Virus record (IMG/VR): IMGVR_UViG_3300030330_005822
Location: 1-47,369 of that record
Direction: 5' to 3' (one strand)
Length of the DNA stretch: 47,369 bases
Source of the DNA: a virus
Lineage: Duplodnaviria > Caudoviricetes
The notes under the pieces are model-generated. The model ran no database searches, was not told the DNA's origin, and was given only the letters and a program-made list of their open reading frames with translations. Positions 46,445 through 47,369 of this stretch are shown here, in pieces. The position numbers were made by a program, and so were the translations under genes. Positions within the stretch are counted from its first letter, which is position 1. The number at the start of each line of letters is the position of its first letter.

Positions 46445-46816
46445 TCAAGCCTCCACTATTACTGAAATGTCGTAATTCTCGTCATATTGATCTATTCTGA
46501 ATTTTACCACAACATTTAGACGACCCTGATCTGAGACATCAAATATGTCCACTTCAGTGATAATTACGTTCGGCTCTCCTCTTTCTAGACTCGTTGCTAT
46601 TTGTGTCTCAAGGAGATTTCTTTCTTCAAAAGTCATATTCCTAAACAAATACATATAACCGAGAGTCCCGATACCTGGACTCATAACTCGCTCGCCCATT
46701 GAAGTCAGAATCAATGCTTTTAAGTTTTGTTTTATCTTCTCTATTCCGATTGAACGAGAAAAACCGCCTCGTGTTGTAATTCTTAAGGGTAATGACAACC
46801 CACTGATCGAAGGCAT
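46445..46816 (-). CDS. gp25/W-like baseplate wedge protein
   Basis: IKQNLKALILTSMGERVMSPGIG, EP.V. Confidence 0.9.
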   Translation of the reverse strand: MPSISGLSLPLRITTRGGFSRSIGIEKIKQNLKALILTSMGERVMSPGIGTLGYMYLFRNMTFEERNLLETQIATSLERGEPNVIITEVDIFDVSDQGRLNVVVKFRIDQYDENYDISVIVEA

Positions 46817-46817
46817 A

Positions 46818-47330
46818 CTAATCCTCGCTTTCTATTCGGTTTCTATTTGTAGAGATATCTATTTGATTGAACCGCTCTATTGAACCCGCTAAAGGCTCCC
46901 TACCTGTTGTGCCTAATTGCTGCACCTGTTGTGCAAATAGATCAACAATCGCATTAAATGTATCTTCTGATGCATCAACCACTTGCAAATGAAGTGCCAT
47001 TGCACCAGAGAAAAGGGATTGCCTACCGAGCTCCAGGTTTATTTCATTGCCCGATTTATTTAGATCTACTGTCTCCAAGAATTCAACTCCAGGATAATCC
47101 GGATGAAGAGGAGCGTTGATTAGTGTTGTAGCAAAGTCTCGGTTGGTTCCCTTCCCCTTGCAAACAAACATTCCGTTCGAGTCGCCTAGGGCAAGCAGAG
47201 TTGTTATGGATGTGATGATCTCGGATAGCTCATTAGTAATCTGAGACACTTTATTTAATCTTTGTTGGACTAAATCAATTATGAGGTTGTACTTAGCTAA
47301 ATTAGACTTTTTCTGATCAACAGTACCCAT
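46818..47330 (-). CDS. Hypothetical baseplate-region protein
   Basis: 170-aa ORF abutting the gp25-like gene. Confidence 0.7.
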   Translation of the reverse strand: MGTVDQKKSNLAKYNLIIDLVQQRLNKVSQITNELSEIITSITTLLALGDSNGMFVCKGKGTNRDFATTLINAPLHPDYPGVEFLETVDLNKSGNEINLELGRQSLFSGAMALHLQVVDASEDTFNAIVDLFAQQVQQLGTTGREPLAGSIERFNQIDISTNRNRIESED

Positions 47331-47369
47331 CAGCTCGGTTATTCCGTTAAGTAGCTTTTTGAAAGCACC

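Larger units (their letters stand above)
1..47369. mobile_element. Segment of a large contractile-tailed (myovirus-like) bacteriophage genome
   Basis: Baseplate gp25/J/I-like genes, tail fibres, holin/spanins, phage-type replisome, RNR/ThyX/PhoH; densely packed co-oriented genes; no host housekeeping operons. Confidence 0.93.

Noticed and set aside
37509-46816. Extracellular contractile injection system or tailocin
   Set aside because: Baseplate genes are contiguous with a full replisome and nucleotide-metabolism genes, which fits a phage (capsid and terminase presumably lie outside the window)

Overview
This window is a 47-kb piece of a large tailed dsDNA phage with a contractile-tail (myovirus-type) baseplate. 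A holin plus an overlapping spanin-like pair suggests a diderm host. On the + strand (1-6.5 kb) are a membrane-anchored class III nucleotidyl cyclase, a deoxynucleoside kinase, an amino-methyltransferase, an ECF sigma factor and a C5 methyltransferase split across two fully overlapping reading frames. The long - strand block holds nucleotide metabolism (PhoH, ThyX, class II RNR), a degenerate TGT/DpdA-like and QueD-like pair, SpoVS, recombination genes (Cas4-like exonuclease, Holliday junction resolvase, RecA) and ParB. It continues with a full replisome (SF2 helicase, PolA, SSB, primase, DnaB, DnaC-like loader, initiator), a palindromic candidate origin, modular tail-fibre cassettes, lysis genes and baseplate genes. 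Four observations stand out. (1) A non-palindromic 15-bp motif, GWCTTTTCAACAAct, occurs 17 times on both strands, inside and between genes. (2) The two-frame C5 MTase carries repeated WxTP modules, and a further WxTP module is a free-standing gene. (3) The cyclase is atypical. (4) The deazaguanine-pathway-like genes appear catalytically eroded. All calls come from reading motifs by eye; no database searches were run.
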